Below are positions 10,364 through 19,882 of a stretch of 64,000 bases of DNA, one piece after another (within the stretch, counting starts at the first letter, position 1; each line of letters starts with the position of its first letter). Below the pieces are notes generated by a model, which was not told where the DNA came from, searched no databases, and was given only the letters and a program-made list of their open reading frames with translations. This DNA is from Candidatus Bathyarchaeota archaeon (GTDB lineage: Archaea; Thermoproteota; Bathyarchaeia; Bathyarchaeales; Bathycorpusculaceae). Made by a program: the position numbers and the translations under genes. The stretch covers positions 384,001-448,000 of the forward strand of contig CAWEPZ010000011.1 in the NCBI GenBank assembly GCA_963811105.1. The letters are read 5' to 3'.

Positions 10364-11716
10364 GTGGAAGAACAAAAAATGGAAAAGTTCTCAAATCTAG
10401 TCCTAAACCTTCTAGAAGCAAGCAGCAAACATGAACAATATCGCGACAAAGAATGCATAAACATGATTGCAAGCGAAGGACTCAAATCGCCAGCAGTCAA
10501 CCAAATGCTTGACCTCTCGCATGACCTAGACGCAAGATATGCAGAAGGAGAAAACGACGCCCAAGGTCACGTTAAAAAACGGTATTACCAAGGACAAAAA
10601 TACATGTCCCAAATTGAAGATTATGCAACGGACATAATGAAAAGCCTATTCAAAACAGAATGGGCAGATGTTAGACTTGTTTCAGGCACCCATGCCAACC
10701 TTGCCACTTTCAAAGGTTTATCTTTAGCCACAAAAAACAACAAAATGGTTGTCACCCCACTGAGCTGCGGTGCACATATTTCTCATGATTACACTGGGTT
10801 AGCAGGTAACATTTTGGGTTTAGATAATATTAATCATGTATATAACATAGACGAATTCAACATTGACCCTGAAAAGTCAGCCTACGTTATCCGCGCTGCT
10901 AAACCAGGCATAGTTACTTTCGGCGGCAGCCTCTTTTTGTTCCCACACCCAATTAAAGAGCTCAAAGCTGTATGCGAAGAAGTGGGCGCATTCATAGCAT
11001 ATGATGCGTCACATGTTTTAGGTTTAATTGCCGGAGGCGAATTCCAAGACCCCTTGCGAGAAGGAGCAGACTTCATCACTTCTTCAACTCACAAAACGTT
11101 CCCAGGACCCCAAGGCGGAGTCATCATGGGAAACCCAACCAGTCCAGCACTAGAAAAAGCTGTCAAGAAAATACAGTTTGCGATTTTCCCTCTTAGCGCT
11201 TCAAGCACTCACCTAGGCAGATTACCAGCGCTAAGCGTGGCTGCTTTAGAAATGAAGGTTTTCGGCGCTGAACTATCTAGGCAAATAGTTAAGAATGCTC
11301 AGACTGCTGGACAATACCTATGTGAAAACGGTGTTAAAGTTCTCGCGGAGAAAAAAGGATTTACTAGGTCTCATCAGATTGCGGTTGATATTCGGAGCTA
11401 TGGCGGCGGCAACAAAATTGCTCAAGACCTCGAAGACGCAAACATAATTCTAAACAAAAACCTCTTGCCTTATGACGACCAAAGCAGCAAAGAAAATCCT
11501 TCAGGACTTCGCATAGGTTTTCAAGACATTACTAGAAGAGGCTTCGTGGAAGGCGACACTAAACACCTCTGCGACCTCATGCTTGACGTAATAAAGGCTA
11601 AACGCAAACCCGTGCAGGTTAAACAAGATGTGTTATCGTTAAAGAATGAGTTTGTAGGAGTTAAATACGGCTTCCAAAACGCACAAGAAGCACTTAGTTA
11701 CGTCAAAAAAGCGTAG
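10364..11716 (+). CDS. glyA: Serine hydroxymethyltransferase
   Basis: NMIASE, YAEG, GAHISH, DASHVLGLIAG and SSTHKTFPGPQGG (PLP lysine). Confidence 0.96.
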   Translation: MEEQKMEKFSNLVLNLLEASSKHEQYRDKECINMIASEGLKSPAVNQMLDLSHDLDARYAEGENDAQGHVKKRYYQGQKYMSQIEDYATDIMKSLFKTEWADVRLVSGTHANLATFKGLSLATKNNKMVVTPLSCGAHISHDYTGLAGNILGLDNINHVYNIDEFNIDPEKSAYVIRAAKPGIVTFGGSLFLFPHPIKELKAVCEEVGAFIAYDASHVLGLIAGGEFQDPLREGADFITSSTHKTFPGPQGGVIMGNPTSPALEKAVKKIQFAIFPLSASSTHLGRLPALSVAALEMKVFGAELSRQIVKNAQTAGQYLCENGVKVLAEKKGFTRSHQIAVDIRSYGGGNKIAQDLEDANIILNKNLLPYDDQSSKENPSGLRIGFQDITRRGFVEGDTKHLCDLMLDVIKAKRKPVQVKQDVLSLKNEFVGVKYGFQNAQEALSYVKKA

Positions 11717-11821
11717 AAAGCCCTCACCGCTTTTAAAAGTGGTTAAACAATAGGCAAAAATCCACTAAATTGAAGACTAAGCTTAAATCTTAAAGAGAAA
11801 ATTCTTTTTTAAGCTGAAAAC

Positions 11822-12109
11822 ATGATGGCAGACATTCTAATGATCTTCGTTTCAATCATAGCCTTAGCTTTTACAGCATTTTTCATATTGCTGCCAAGGT
11901 ATGGTCCCCACACCATTTCAAGATTAACATGTCCAAAATGCAAGAGAAAATTCAACTACCACTGGGTTGCTGGATTAAGCTTCATTTCTCTTTACCGCGG
12001 AAGCAAACGACGGCTTCACTGCCCCTACTGCAACGAAGTATCCATTTATGAAATATCGTTAACCAAAATCAGCAAAGAGCAACTCAAACTCTTGAAAAGC
12101 AAAACTTAA
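11822..12109 (+). CDS. Small membrane-anchored zinc-ribbon protein
   Basis: N-terminal TM helix; CPKC...CPYC. Confidence 0.7.
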   Translation: MMADILMIFVSIIALAFTAFFILLPRYGPHTISRLTCPKCKRKFNYHWVAGLSFISLYRGSKRRLHCPYCNEVSIYEISLTKISKEQLKLLKSKT

Positions 12110-12210
12110 CCAATTGGACAAAATCTCTGATCGTTAAAAGATTAATATTCTTGGTTGCCAATCAACTTTAAATCTTAAAGCTTGATAACCACTTAAAGGA
12201 GCGGACGTAA

Positions 12211-13392
12211 GTGAAAGTACTGTTAAATGATGGTCTAGAAAAAGATGGCTTAAAACTCATCCAAGAAGCCGGCATCGAGACAGACACCCAAAAAAGAGAC
12301 CAAACCAAACTCATTGCTGACATCCCTGAGTTTGACGCGCTGATAGTGCGAAGCGCCACTAAAGTAACCAAAGAAATAATTGAAGCAGGCGCAAAAGGCA
12401 AACTCAAAATCATCGGAAGAGCAGGTGTAGGATACGACAACATTGATGTTGCAGCCGCCTCAGAAAATGGAATAGTTGTAAAATCTGCTCCCTACGGAAG
12501 CACCAATGCTGTGGCAGAATTAACCATCTGTTTGATGCTTGCTACCTCAAGAAATACTCCTCAAGCACATCAAGCACTAAAAAATGGCATATGGAAAAAA
12601 GATAAACTCAAAGGAACCGAGCTCTCCTACAAGACCTTGGGTATTTTAGGCTGCGGCCGAATCGGCCAAAGACTCGCCGAGGTGGCAAGACGCGGCTTTG
12701 ACATGGAAATAATCGGTTACGATATTAAACCGTGCCCTGAATCAGGCATAAAATTCATGACTAAAGAGCAAGTCCTCACAAAAGCCGATTACATAAGCAT
12801 CCATACAGGCGGAAAAGACATAGTGATCGGCGAAAAAGAACTCGCCCTAATGAAGAAGACTTCTTACCTCGTTAACACTTCAAGAGGCAGTAATGTAGAT
12901 GAACAAGCTTTGTACAAAGCGCTTAAAGAATCGAAAATCGCTGGTGCTGCACTTGACGTTTACATTGATGAACCTAAAGTCGAAGGAGGAGAATTCAAAA
13001 GCAAACTTAAGGAACTCGACACCGTGGTACTCAGCAGCCATCTTGGCGCCTCAACAGTCGAAGCTCAAAGAGAAACCTCAACCGAAATAGCTCGTGTGGT
13101 TTCAAGTTACCTCTTAGGTGGAGATTTTTTGAATGCTGTGAATGCAGGTGAAAGCATCGAGCTCGAAGAAATCCCAGTGCACACACTATTTATCCATCAT
13201 CGAGATGTGCCGGGTGTTTTCGCAAACATTGATAAAGTTCTTGCTGACTGCGACATAAACATAAGAGCAAACTACTCACGACAAATCGGAAGGGGGTACG
13301 CCATATCGATTTATGTTCTTCACAAAAAAGTTGCCGCAGAAATCATAAAGAAGCTCAAAGCCATACCTAATGTTTGCAATGTGAAAGTTTGA
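12211..13392 (+). CDS. serA: D-3-phosphoglycerate dehydrogenase with C-terminal ACT domain
   Basis: RAGVGYDNID, GCGRIG, VNTSRG, ALDVY, HLGAST; HRDVPGV ACT domain. Confidence 0.88.
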   Translation: MKVLLNDGLEKDGLKLIQEAGIETDTQKRDQTKLIADIPEFDALIVRSATKVTKEIIEAGAKGKLKIIGRAGVGYDNIDVAAASENGIVVKSAPYGSTNAVAELTICLMLATSRNTPQAHQALKNGIWKKDKLKGTELSYKTLGILGCGRIGQRLAEVARRGFDMEIIGYDIKPCPESGIKFMTKEQVLTKADYISIHTGGKDIVIGEKELALMKKTSYLVNTSRGSNVDEQALYKALKESKIAGAALDVYIDEPKVEGGEFKSKLKELDTVVLSSHLGASTVEAQRETSTEIARVVSSYLLGGDFLNAVNAGESIELEEIPVHTLFIHHRDVPGVFANIDKVLADCDINIRANYSRQIGRGYAISIYVLHKKVAAEIIKKLKAIPNVCNVKV

Positions 13393-13447
13393 ACTTTATT
13401 TGCTTTTCAAGCAGCAATATAAATCAGTTTTCGTTTTTAAGGTAGCC

Positions 13448-14128
13448 ATGCGACTGGGAATTCTGTTTTCAGGCGGCAAAGACTCAACCCTCGCCATTCA
13501 CTATGCGGCAGAAAAAGAAGAAGCCGTATGTCTCATTACATTGGTTTCGGAAAACAAAGAGAGCTTCATGTTTCACACTCCTAACATTGAGGTTTCTGAA
13601 CTTCAGGCAGAGGCATTAGGATTACCTCAATTGACAAAAATTACAAAGGGCGAAAAAGAAAAAGAACTCAGGGATTTGGAAGATGCAATTGCTGAGGCAG
13701 CAAAAGAGCACCAGATTGAAGGGATTGTGACTGGAGCGGTGGAATCAGTTTACCAGGCAGAACGCGTCCAGCGCATTTGTTACAAGCTTGGACTTTGGTG
13801 CTTTAACCCCCTGTGGAAGCATGACCAAAAAGCTCTTCTGGAGGAACTACTTGAAAAACAATTTAAAGTAGTTATTTCAGGTATTTTCGCTTATCCACTT
13901 GATGGTACTTGGCTTGGAAAACAAATAGACACCAAAATAATTGAAAGGTTAGTTGAGCTTCAGCAAAAATATGGGTTGAGCCCTTCAGGAGAAGGTGGCG
14001 AGATCGAAACAACTGTTTTGGATGCACCGCTGTTCAAGAAGAAAATCGAAATCCTTGATTCTAGTTTTGAGTCGAAGGGGAATTCAGGAGTATTTACAAT
14101 TTTGAAGGCTCGGCTGATTTCGAAATGA
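13448..14128 (+). CDS. dph6: Diphthine--ammonia ligase (Dph6, PP-loop ATPase)
   Basis: LFSGGKDS, SFMFH, GAVESVYQ, PLW and GEGGEIET motifs; ATG at 13448. Confidence 0.92.
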   Translation: MRLGILFSGGKDSTLAIHYAAEKEEAVCLITLVSENKESFMFHTPNIEVSELQAEALGLPQLTKITKGEKEKELRDLEDAIAEAAKEHQIEGIVTGAVESVYQAERVQRICYKLGLWCFNPLWKHDQKALLEELLEKQFKVVISGIFAYPLDGTWLGKQIDTKIIERLVELQQKYGLSPSGEGGEIETTVLDAPLFKKKIEILDSSFESKGNSGVFTILKARLISK

Positions 14129-14676
14129 TTTTGGTTGTTGACATGAATTGGAAGAAGAACTCGCTGGGCGTATACGAGTTCGTTTCACCCATTCTGGTGG
14201 TAGTTCAGAAACTGGATAAATGTAGGTTTAAGCATTATAGTGAAGTAACCGATGAAGACCTAAACTCTTGCAGCAAGGTTATTCTTTCAGGCACAGCACT
14301 CAAAGATACAGCAACTTTAAACGAACCTGAGAAGTTTCAGTGGCTCAAGGAAATAGACAAGCCGGTGTTGGGCATATGTGCAGGCATGGAAACAATAGGC
14401 ATGGTTTATGGGGCTCGCTTGGCGGAATGCGCAGAAATAGGTATGACACCGATAACTACATTGATGAAGAATTCGCTTTTTTTCGGGGACTATAGGGCTT
14501 ATTCTCTGCACAGCTACTGCGTCGAAGCTTCCGGAGTCTTTGAGGTTTGGGCACAATCGGCAAAATGCATTCAGGCGATAAAACACAAGAACAAAAAAAT
14601 CTATGCCGTACTGTTCCACCCTGAAGTTAGAAACCTGGAAATTCTAGAAAATTTCATTCGAAAAAATGATATTTAG
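14125..14676 (+). CDS. Class I glutamine amidotransferase (stand-alone)
   Basis: ILSG, PVLGICAG (catalytic Cys), LFHPE (His-Glu); ATGA overlap with dph6. Confidence 0.9.
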   Translation: MILVVDMNWKKNSLGVYEFVSPILVVVQKLDKCRFKHYSEVTDEDLNSCSKVILSGTALKDTATLNEPEKFQWLKEIDKPVLGICAGMETIGMVYGARLAECAEIGMTPITTLMKNSLFFGDYRAYSLHSYCVEASGVFEVWAQSAKCIQAIKHKNKKIYAVLFHPEVRNLEILENFIRKNDI

Positions 14677-14808
14677 TTTGTCTCTTTATTTTGGAAAAAG
14701 CATTACTCTTTAATATCGAAATTTATTTAGTAGCCAAGCTAGGTCCAACTTACTACGCTAAGAGATAAAAGCACGTTTTTTCAGTAATATAACAAAGGAG
14801 TTTTCGTC

Positions 14809-17211
14809 TTGCAGAAATTACCAGTAGAGAAACTGCGCAAAGTATGCGATCCTAGTTTTATGCAATGTGAATCAACTCATAACCTCGTTCCTTTAGGCGA
14901 AATTATAGGCCAAGAAAGAGCCGTTCGAGCCTTAAAATTCGGGCTCGGTATAAAAAATCATGGTTTCAACATGTATGTTGCAGGCTACCCTGGAACAGGT
15001 AGAAAAACCACTGTTAAAAATTTCGTGGAAGCTCAAGCGAAAGTTCAGCCTATCCCACCTGACTGGTGCTACGTCAATAATTTTTCTAACCCTTATGAGC
15101 CCAGAGCAATCCAGCTGCCAGCTGGAAAAGGAAAAAAATTTCGCGATGACATGAAGAATCTTATTGAAAATATCAAGACTGCATTACCAAAGGCTTTTGA
15201 AAGTGAAGATTACGCTGCAAGAAGAGAAACTACAATCCGAGAACTGGAAAATCAAAGAAAACAGTTGATTGACGAATTAAGTGCAAAAGCTCTGCAAGAA
15301 GGCTTTGTAATTCAAAGCACTCCAATTGGCTTGATCCTTATTCCAGTATTAGATGGCAAACCGCTCAGCGAAGAAGAAATGTTAGCATTGCCACAAAAAG
15401 CAAAGGATAGAATTCAAGAGAAACGCGAAAAACTGGAAACGGAATTCCGAAACACAATGAGGCAACTCACAGATATGGAAAGAAAAATCCATGAAGCTCT
15501 CAAAAAACTAAACAAAGAAGTTGCCCTCTACGCACTCGGCAACCAAGTAGAAACCCTTCTGGAAAAATACAAAGATACTCCCGAAGTTACAGCATATCTC
15601 CAAACTATAGAGAATGATATTTTGGATAACCTTCAGCAGTTCATACGAAGAGGCGAACCCCAAGAGCAGCTCCCATTTTTTATGCCCTGGATGAAAGAGG
15701 AACCCTACAAAAAATACGAGGTAAACGTGGTTATTGACAATTCAGACACTAAAGGCGCACCGGTAATCGTGGAAAGCAATCCTACGTATCATAACCTTTT
15801 GGGTAGAACTGAAAAAGAAGCCCAGTTCGGTGCATTAACTACTGATTTCAGCATGATCCGAGCTGGATCAATACACAAAGCTAATGGCGGATACCTAATA
15901 ATCCCGGTTGAAGAATTACTTAGAAACCCATTCTCATATGATGGCCTGAAAAGAGACCTCAGAGACTCAAACATAGTTATTGAAGAACCTGAAGAACGCT
16001 ATGGTTTTCTCAGTGTTAAAACGCTTAAACCTCAACCGATTCCGCTTTCAGCGAAAGTAATCCTAATTGGAACTCCCTACCTCTATCAAATGATGTTTGA
16101 GCTGGACACCGATTTTCGAGAACTCTTCAAAATAAAAGCGGAATTCGACACGACTATGGATAGAACCGAAGATAAAGTTATGCAGTATGCTGCTTGGGTA
16201 TGTACACTATGTGAAAAAGAAGGTCTTAGACACCTCCATGGTACGGGAGTTGCAAAAATTGTTGAATACAGCTCGCGGATTGTAGAAGACCGATACAAGC
16301 TGTCATTACAGTTTGCCCACATAGCAGACATAGTTCGGGAGGCAAATTTTTATGCAACACAAGACAACGCTGAATTCATAACCGGAGACCATGTCAGGAA
16401 AGCAATCGAAGAAAAAATTTACCGCTCAAAACTTATCCAAGAGAAAATTCAAGAAATGATACAAAGAGGATTCTTCTTAATTGATACTTCTGAAGAGAGA
16501 GTTGGTCAAGTAAACGGTTTATCAGTTATAGGAATGGGTGACTTTGCTTTCGGTAATCCTTCAAGAGTAACAGCAAGCATAGGCTTAGGTAGAGAGGGAG
16601 TAATTGACATTGAGCGAGAAGCAAAAATGGGTGGACCTATACATACAAAGGGAGTCCTTATTCTAAGCGGCTATATGAACGACAAATATGCCAGAGATAA
16701 GCCGTTAAGCCTTTCCGCAAGACTTGTTTTCGAGCAGAACTATGAGGGAATTGAAGGTGACAGCGCATCAAGCACAGAATTATACGCTATTTTATCGTCA
16801 CTCTCTGGAATACCAATTAGACAAAACATAGCGGTAACAGGCTCAGTTAACCAGAAAGGAGAAGTTCAAGCCATAGGCGGAGTAAATGAGAAAATCGAGG
16901 GCTTCTTTGAAGTCTGCAAGTTAAAGGGACTAACGGGGCAGCAAGGAGTTATGATACCTGAAAGCAATGTTCAAAATTTAATGCTAAAAGAAGAACTTGT
17001 TGAAGCTGCAAAGGCTGGTAAATTTAGCATTTACTCAGTTAAAACAATTGATGAAGGCATCGAGGTTCTTACTGGAAAAACTGCTGGAAAACTTCGCGAA
17101 GATGGAACTTTCGAGGAAGGAACAGTAAACCAAATTGTCGACAAGCAGCTTCGGCTGATGGCTGATAAACTCAAAGAATACTCTTCTACAGAAACTCAGA
17201 AAAAACCTTAA
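14809..17211 (+). CDS. lon: Lon-family protease, soluble LonC-like
   Basis: IGQERA, GYPGTGRKT, coiled-coil insert, GDSASSTE (Ser) and GGVNEKIEGF (Lys) dyad. Confidence 0.93.
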   Translation: MQKLPVEKLRKVCDPSFMQCESTHNLVPLGEIIGQERAVRALKFGLGIKNHGFNMYVAGYPGTGRKTTVKNFVEAQAKVQPIPPDWCYVNNFSNPYEPRAIQLPAGKGKKFRDDMKNLIENIKTALPKAFESEDYAARRETTIRELENQRKQLIDELSAKALQEGFVIQSTPIGLILIPVLDGKPLSEEEMLALPQKAKDRIQEKREKLETEFRNTMRQLTDMERKIHEALKKLNKEVALYALGNQVETLLEKYKDTPEVTAYLQTIENDILDNLQQFIRRGEPQEQLPFFMPWMKEEPYKKYEVNVVIDNSDTKGAPVIVESNPTYHNLLGRTEKEAQFGALTTDFSMIRAGSIHKANGGYLIIPVEELLRNPFSYDGLKRDLRDSNIVIEEPEERYGFLSVKTLKPQPIPLSAKVILIGTPYLYQMMFELDTDFRELFKIKAEFDTTMDRTEDKVMQYAAWVCTLCEKEGLRHLHGTGVAKIVEYSSRIVEDRYKLSLQFAHIADIVREANFYATQDNAEFITGDHVRKAIEEKIYRSKLIQEKIQEMIQRGFFLIDTSEERVGQVNGLSVIGMGDFAFGNPSRVTASIGLGREGVIDIEREAKMGGPIHTKGVLILSGYMNDKYARDKPLSLSARLVFEQNYEGIEGDSASSTELYAILSSLSGIPIRQNIAVTGSVNQKGEVQAIGGVNEKIEGFFEVCKLKGLTGQQGVMIPESNVQNLMLKEELVEAAKAGKFSIYSVKTIDEGIEVLTGKTAGKLREDGTFEEGTVNQIVDKQLRLMADKLKEYSSTETQKKP

Positions 17212-17325
17212 ACCTAAATTCAATTTTTATCTTTTTTATTCGCCTTTAATTCGTTAGTTTGAATATTGATTCTGAATCCTTAAAGCTTATTTTATCCATT
17301 AACAATGAAGTAGCCAGGTGCAAAC

Positions 17326-17550
17326 TTGTTTACCTCAAAAATTCGCCGTAAACGTAGTAAAACAATGACAATCGTTATGCTCCCAGCACTCATCTTCTTG
17401 TTTATTTTGGGATGGGGTATGTACTGGATCGGCAATGGAAAAAGGACAAGCATAGTAAAGAATAAACCAACAATTGAAGAAAAAATGCAAGACAACGTAA
17501 CGATTTTACCTATCGTTTACGAAGAAAAACAAGAAATAAGCTGTGAATGA
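17326..17550 (+). CDS. Small single-TM hypothetical protein
   Basis: Basic N-terminus then PALIFLFILGWGMYWIG. Confidence 0.55.
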   Translation: MFTSKIRRKRSKTMTIVMLPALIFLFILGWGMYWIGNGKRTSIVKNKPTIEEKMQDNVTILPIVYEEKQEISCE

Positions 17551-17714
17551 TGCAATAAGCAACCACTTCTATTTTCATTATTTGCTAATTCTTAACTAAA
17601 TACTTTTAATACAGTTTGCATGCTTGTTGCTGATATAATACAACCACAACTCCATTTATACCACGAAAAGAGTTGTTTATTTGCGAGAAATAGCCATCCA
17701 AGAGGTACACCCAT

Positions 17715-17818
17715 GCTTGGCGGGTCAGCAGTTAGACAAGACGCGAATCGAGGTGCCCTGACCATTCAGGTGCTTGTTTTGATTCGCGCCCTGGATTGAC
17801 GTGGGCGGTCCGCCAAGC
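17715..17818 (+). ncRNA. Candidate structured RNA (long GC-rich hairpin), unassigned family
   Basis: GCTTGGCGG/CCGCCAAGC, CGCGAATC/GATTCGCG and CCTGA/TCAGG nested stems; mismatches are G-U on + strand; T-tract follows. Confidence 0.55.
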
Positions 17819-17906
17819 CTGCTTTTAGTTACTTTTGCATTGAGTTTAGTTGGTTTTATGTATAGAATTTATTAAGGGTTAGACGCAATGCTATTTGTGA
17901 GCTAAA

Positions 17907-18260
17907 TTGAGTTATAAAGCAAACATGCATCCGAGAGTTAGTCAAGCGGAAATGGCGGTACTCCAATCATTAAGTATCGCTGGGTTAACCGGCGGCATGG
18001 TCACTCAAAAACCAATTATTTTAAGGTCAACTATTCCGGATTTTTGCTGGATAGGCAAGAAGAAAATTGTTTACTTAGACGGCAAACCGGTGCATAAAAG
18101 TGATAAGCAGCATGATCATGACGAGGAAATCGATGACCTTCTAACTTCTAAAGGCTGGGACGTTCTAAGAATTCCATACGACCCGCCCCTGACCGAGAAA
18201 GGTTTGCAGGAAATTATGGCAACAATAAAACGTTTCCTAAACGTTGACGAGGAAACATAA
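17907..18260 (+). CDS. DUF559/Vsr-like endonuclease domain protein
   Basis: SQAE..., IPDF, VYLDGKPVH, D..ID..L...GWDVLRI. Confidence 0.75.
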   Translation: MSYKANMHPRVSQAEMAVLQSLSIAGLTGGMVTQKPIILRSTIPDFCWIGKKKIVYLDGKPVHKSDKQHDHDEEIDDLLTSKGWDVLRIPYDPPLTEKGLQEIMATIKRFLNVDEET

Positions 18261-18339
18261 GACTTTCCAACAAATTAGTTGATTACAAGACTTGAGCATA
18301 AAAAGATATTTAACTGTAAGAGAGAACCATCTTGCGAAT

Positions 18340-18448
18340 GCTCCGGTAGTATAGTCCGGTCAAACCTTACTAAGACGTCTTATTAAGGGACTATGTATAG
18401 CGGCCTCTCGAGTCGCGGACCCGGGTCCAAATCCCGGCCGGAGCACCA
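18340..18448 (+). tRNA. tRNA-Glu(CTC) with 31-nt intron (18364-18394) at position 21/22
   Basis: Acceptor GCTCCGG/CCGGAGC, anticodon arm GCGGC-CTCTCGA-GTCGC, CCA; BHB motif GGTC-AAA-CCTTA...TAAGG-GACT-ATG. Confidence 0.93.
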
Positions 18449-18506
18449 ACACATTTTGCAACACTTTATCAACATTGAACAAGAATTTTAGGTTGTGAAA
18501 TTAAAG

Positions 18507-19619
18507 CTATTTGTACATTAGCGTTGAACACAGTTCTTCCACCGTTCGGTTCAGAGTCAGCTCCGCCATGTTTCCGCTATAATCCATTATTCTTCTTGAA
18601 CTGTCAAAAATCAAACGAAGTACCGAAGCAATGTTTGGGTCTATTTTTTTGCTTGACATCAGCATAATTAACTCATTTTCAAGCGGCGTGAGCGATTCGC
18701 GTTTTGAAATCAATTTTTCTGCATCTTTATATTCTCTCTTAAAGAGGGCTTTTATGGCGTCATCATACAGTTGATGCGCTTGCTGACTGAAGTTGACTAG
18801 TTGGTTGTATATTTCTTCGTCTATAGGGTCTTTTATGAAAAGTGTTTCGTCATCGATTAGTTTTTGCAGTGAACCCAAGTTATTTATTATGTCCATTGCG
18901 TTTTGAGCTATGCTTTCTATGTCGTTTACTGCTATGCGGTAGAGAAGGAATTCTTTAGGGGTTCTAAAACCGAGTTCTCGATAAAGATTTCGTTCAATAC
19001 CGTATTTAAGCTGACGAACAATGTATAGTCCTAAACGGTTTACATCATTATGAGCACTTATGACGCTGTCAAACAAACTGGTGCTTCGCTCTTTTAAAGC
19101 GGCGATCGCATCCCTATTTGCGGAAATCGCCACGATAGCCATTCGTCTAACAGCTTTCTCTATTGGAAATTCGGAGTGTTTTATCAAGATTTGCAGGGTA
19201 ATTTCATCTGATGTTTCTTCAATTATTTCTGACCCCAAGAAGTTGTCTCTAGCTAAATTTTTTATTTCGTTTTTGTGTTTTATTGATTCTTGTGGGTTTT
19301 TGAAATGGACTCTTATTATGTCAGCGCCTATGGCATATAATGCGCGGATCATGCGAAGGGTTGACTGTATGGTTTCTTTTTGGTCAATATTGATGAAGTA
19401 TTCTTTGGGTTTAGCAGCGTTGCCTCTACCTTCTTTTTCTTGGATTCTTCTTGGAACAAGCATCAGCGTGGAGTCTGGTTGAATGTTGAACGCTATTTCG
19501 CTGCCACGCTTTAACTCTAGGTCTTGGACCCATTCTTTGGGTAAGGATATGATGTATGAGCCTCTTCCTGTGCATTGGACTCTTCTATAACCTAAGTCTT
19601 TTTCTGCCACAATAGCCAC
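18507..19619 (-). CDS. AbrB/SpoVT-PhoU family regulator
   Basis: RRVQCTGRGSYIISLPKEW AbrB domain followed by two PhoU-like helical domains. Confidence 0.9.
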   Translation of the reverse strand: MAIVAEKDLGYRRVQCTGRGSYIISLPKEWVQDLELKRGSEIAFNIQPDSTLMLVPRRIQEKEGRGNAAKPKEYFINIDQKETIQSTLRMIRALYAIGADIIRVHFKNPQESIKHKNEIKNLARDNFLGSEIIEETSDEITLQILIKHSEFPIEKAVRRMAIVAISANRDAIAALKERSTSLFDSVISAHNDVNRLGLYIVRQLKYGIERNLYRELGFRTPKEFLLYRIAVNDIESIAQNAMDIINNLGSLQKLIDDETLFIKDPIDEEIYNQLVNFSQQAHQLYDDAIKALFKREYKDAEKLISKRESLTPLENELIMLMSSKKIDPNIASVLRLIFDSSRRIMDYSGNMAELTLNRTVEELCSTLMYK

Positions 19620-19882
19620 CTGACATACGATTCGTATAGATAATATGCTTCATGAACGGGCATATAAATGATTATGAACAAAGTTATATAGAATACATGC
19701 CATTTAATCGGGCTAACCTACTTGAACTAGTCGTAAAAATGACTCTGAACACCTGTAAAGTCATAATTAGAAACGCTGACCAAACCACCATGATTAAAGG
19801 TGTTTCATACACAATCGATATGTAACTTTAGAGTCTCATGATCACATGTGCACGCTAAACAGGAAACTATGAGGTTTAAAGT

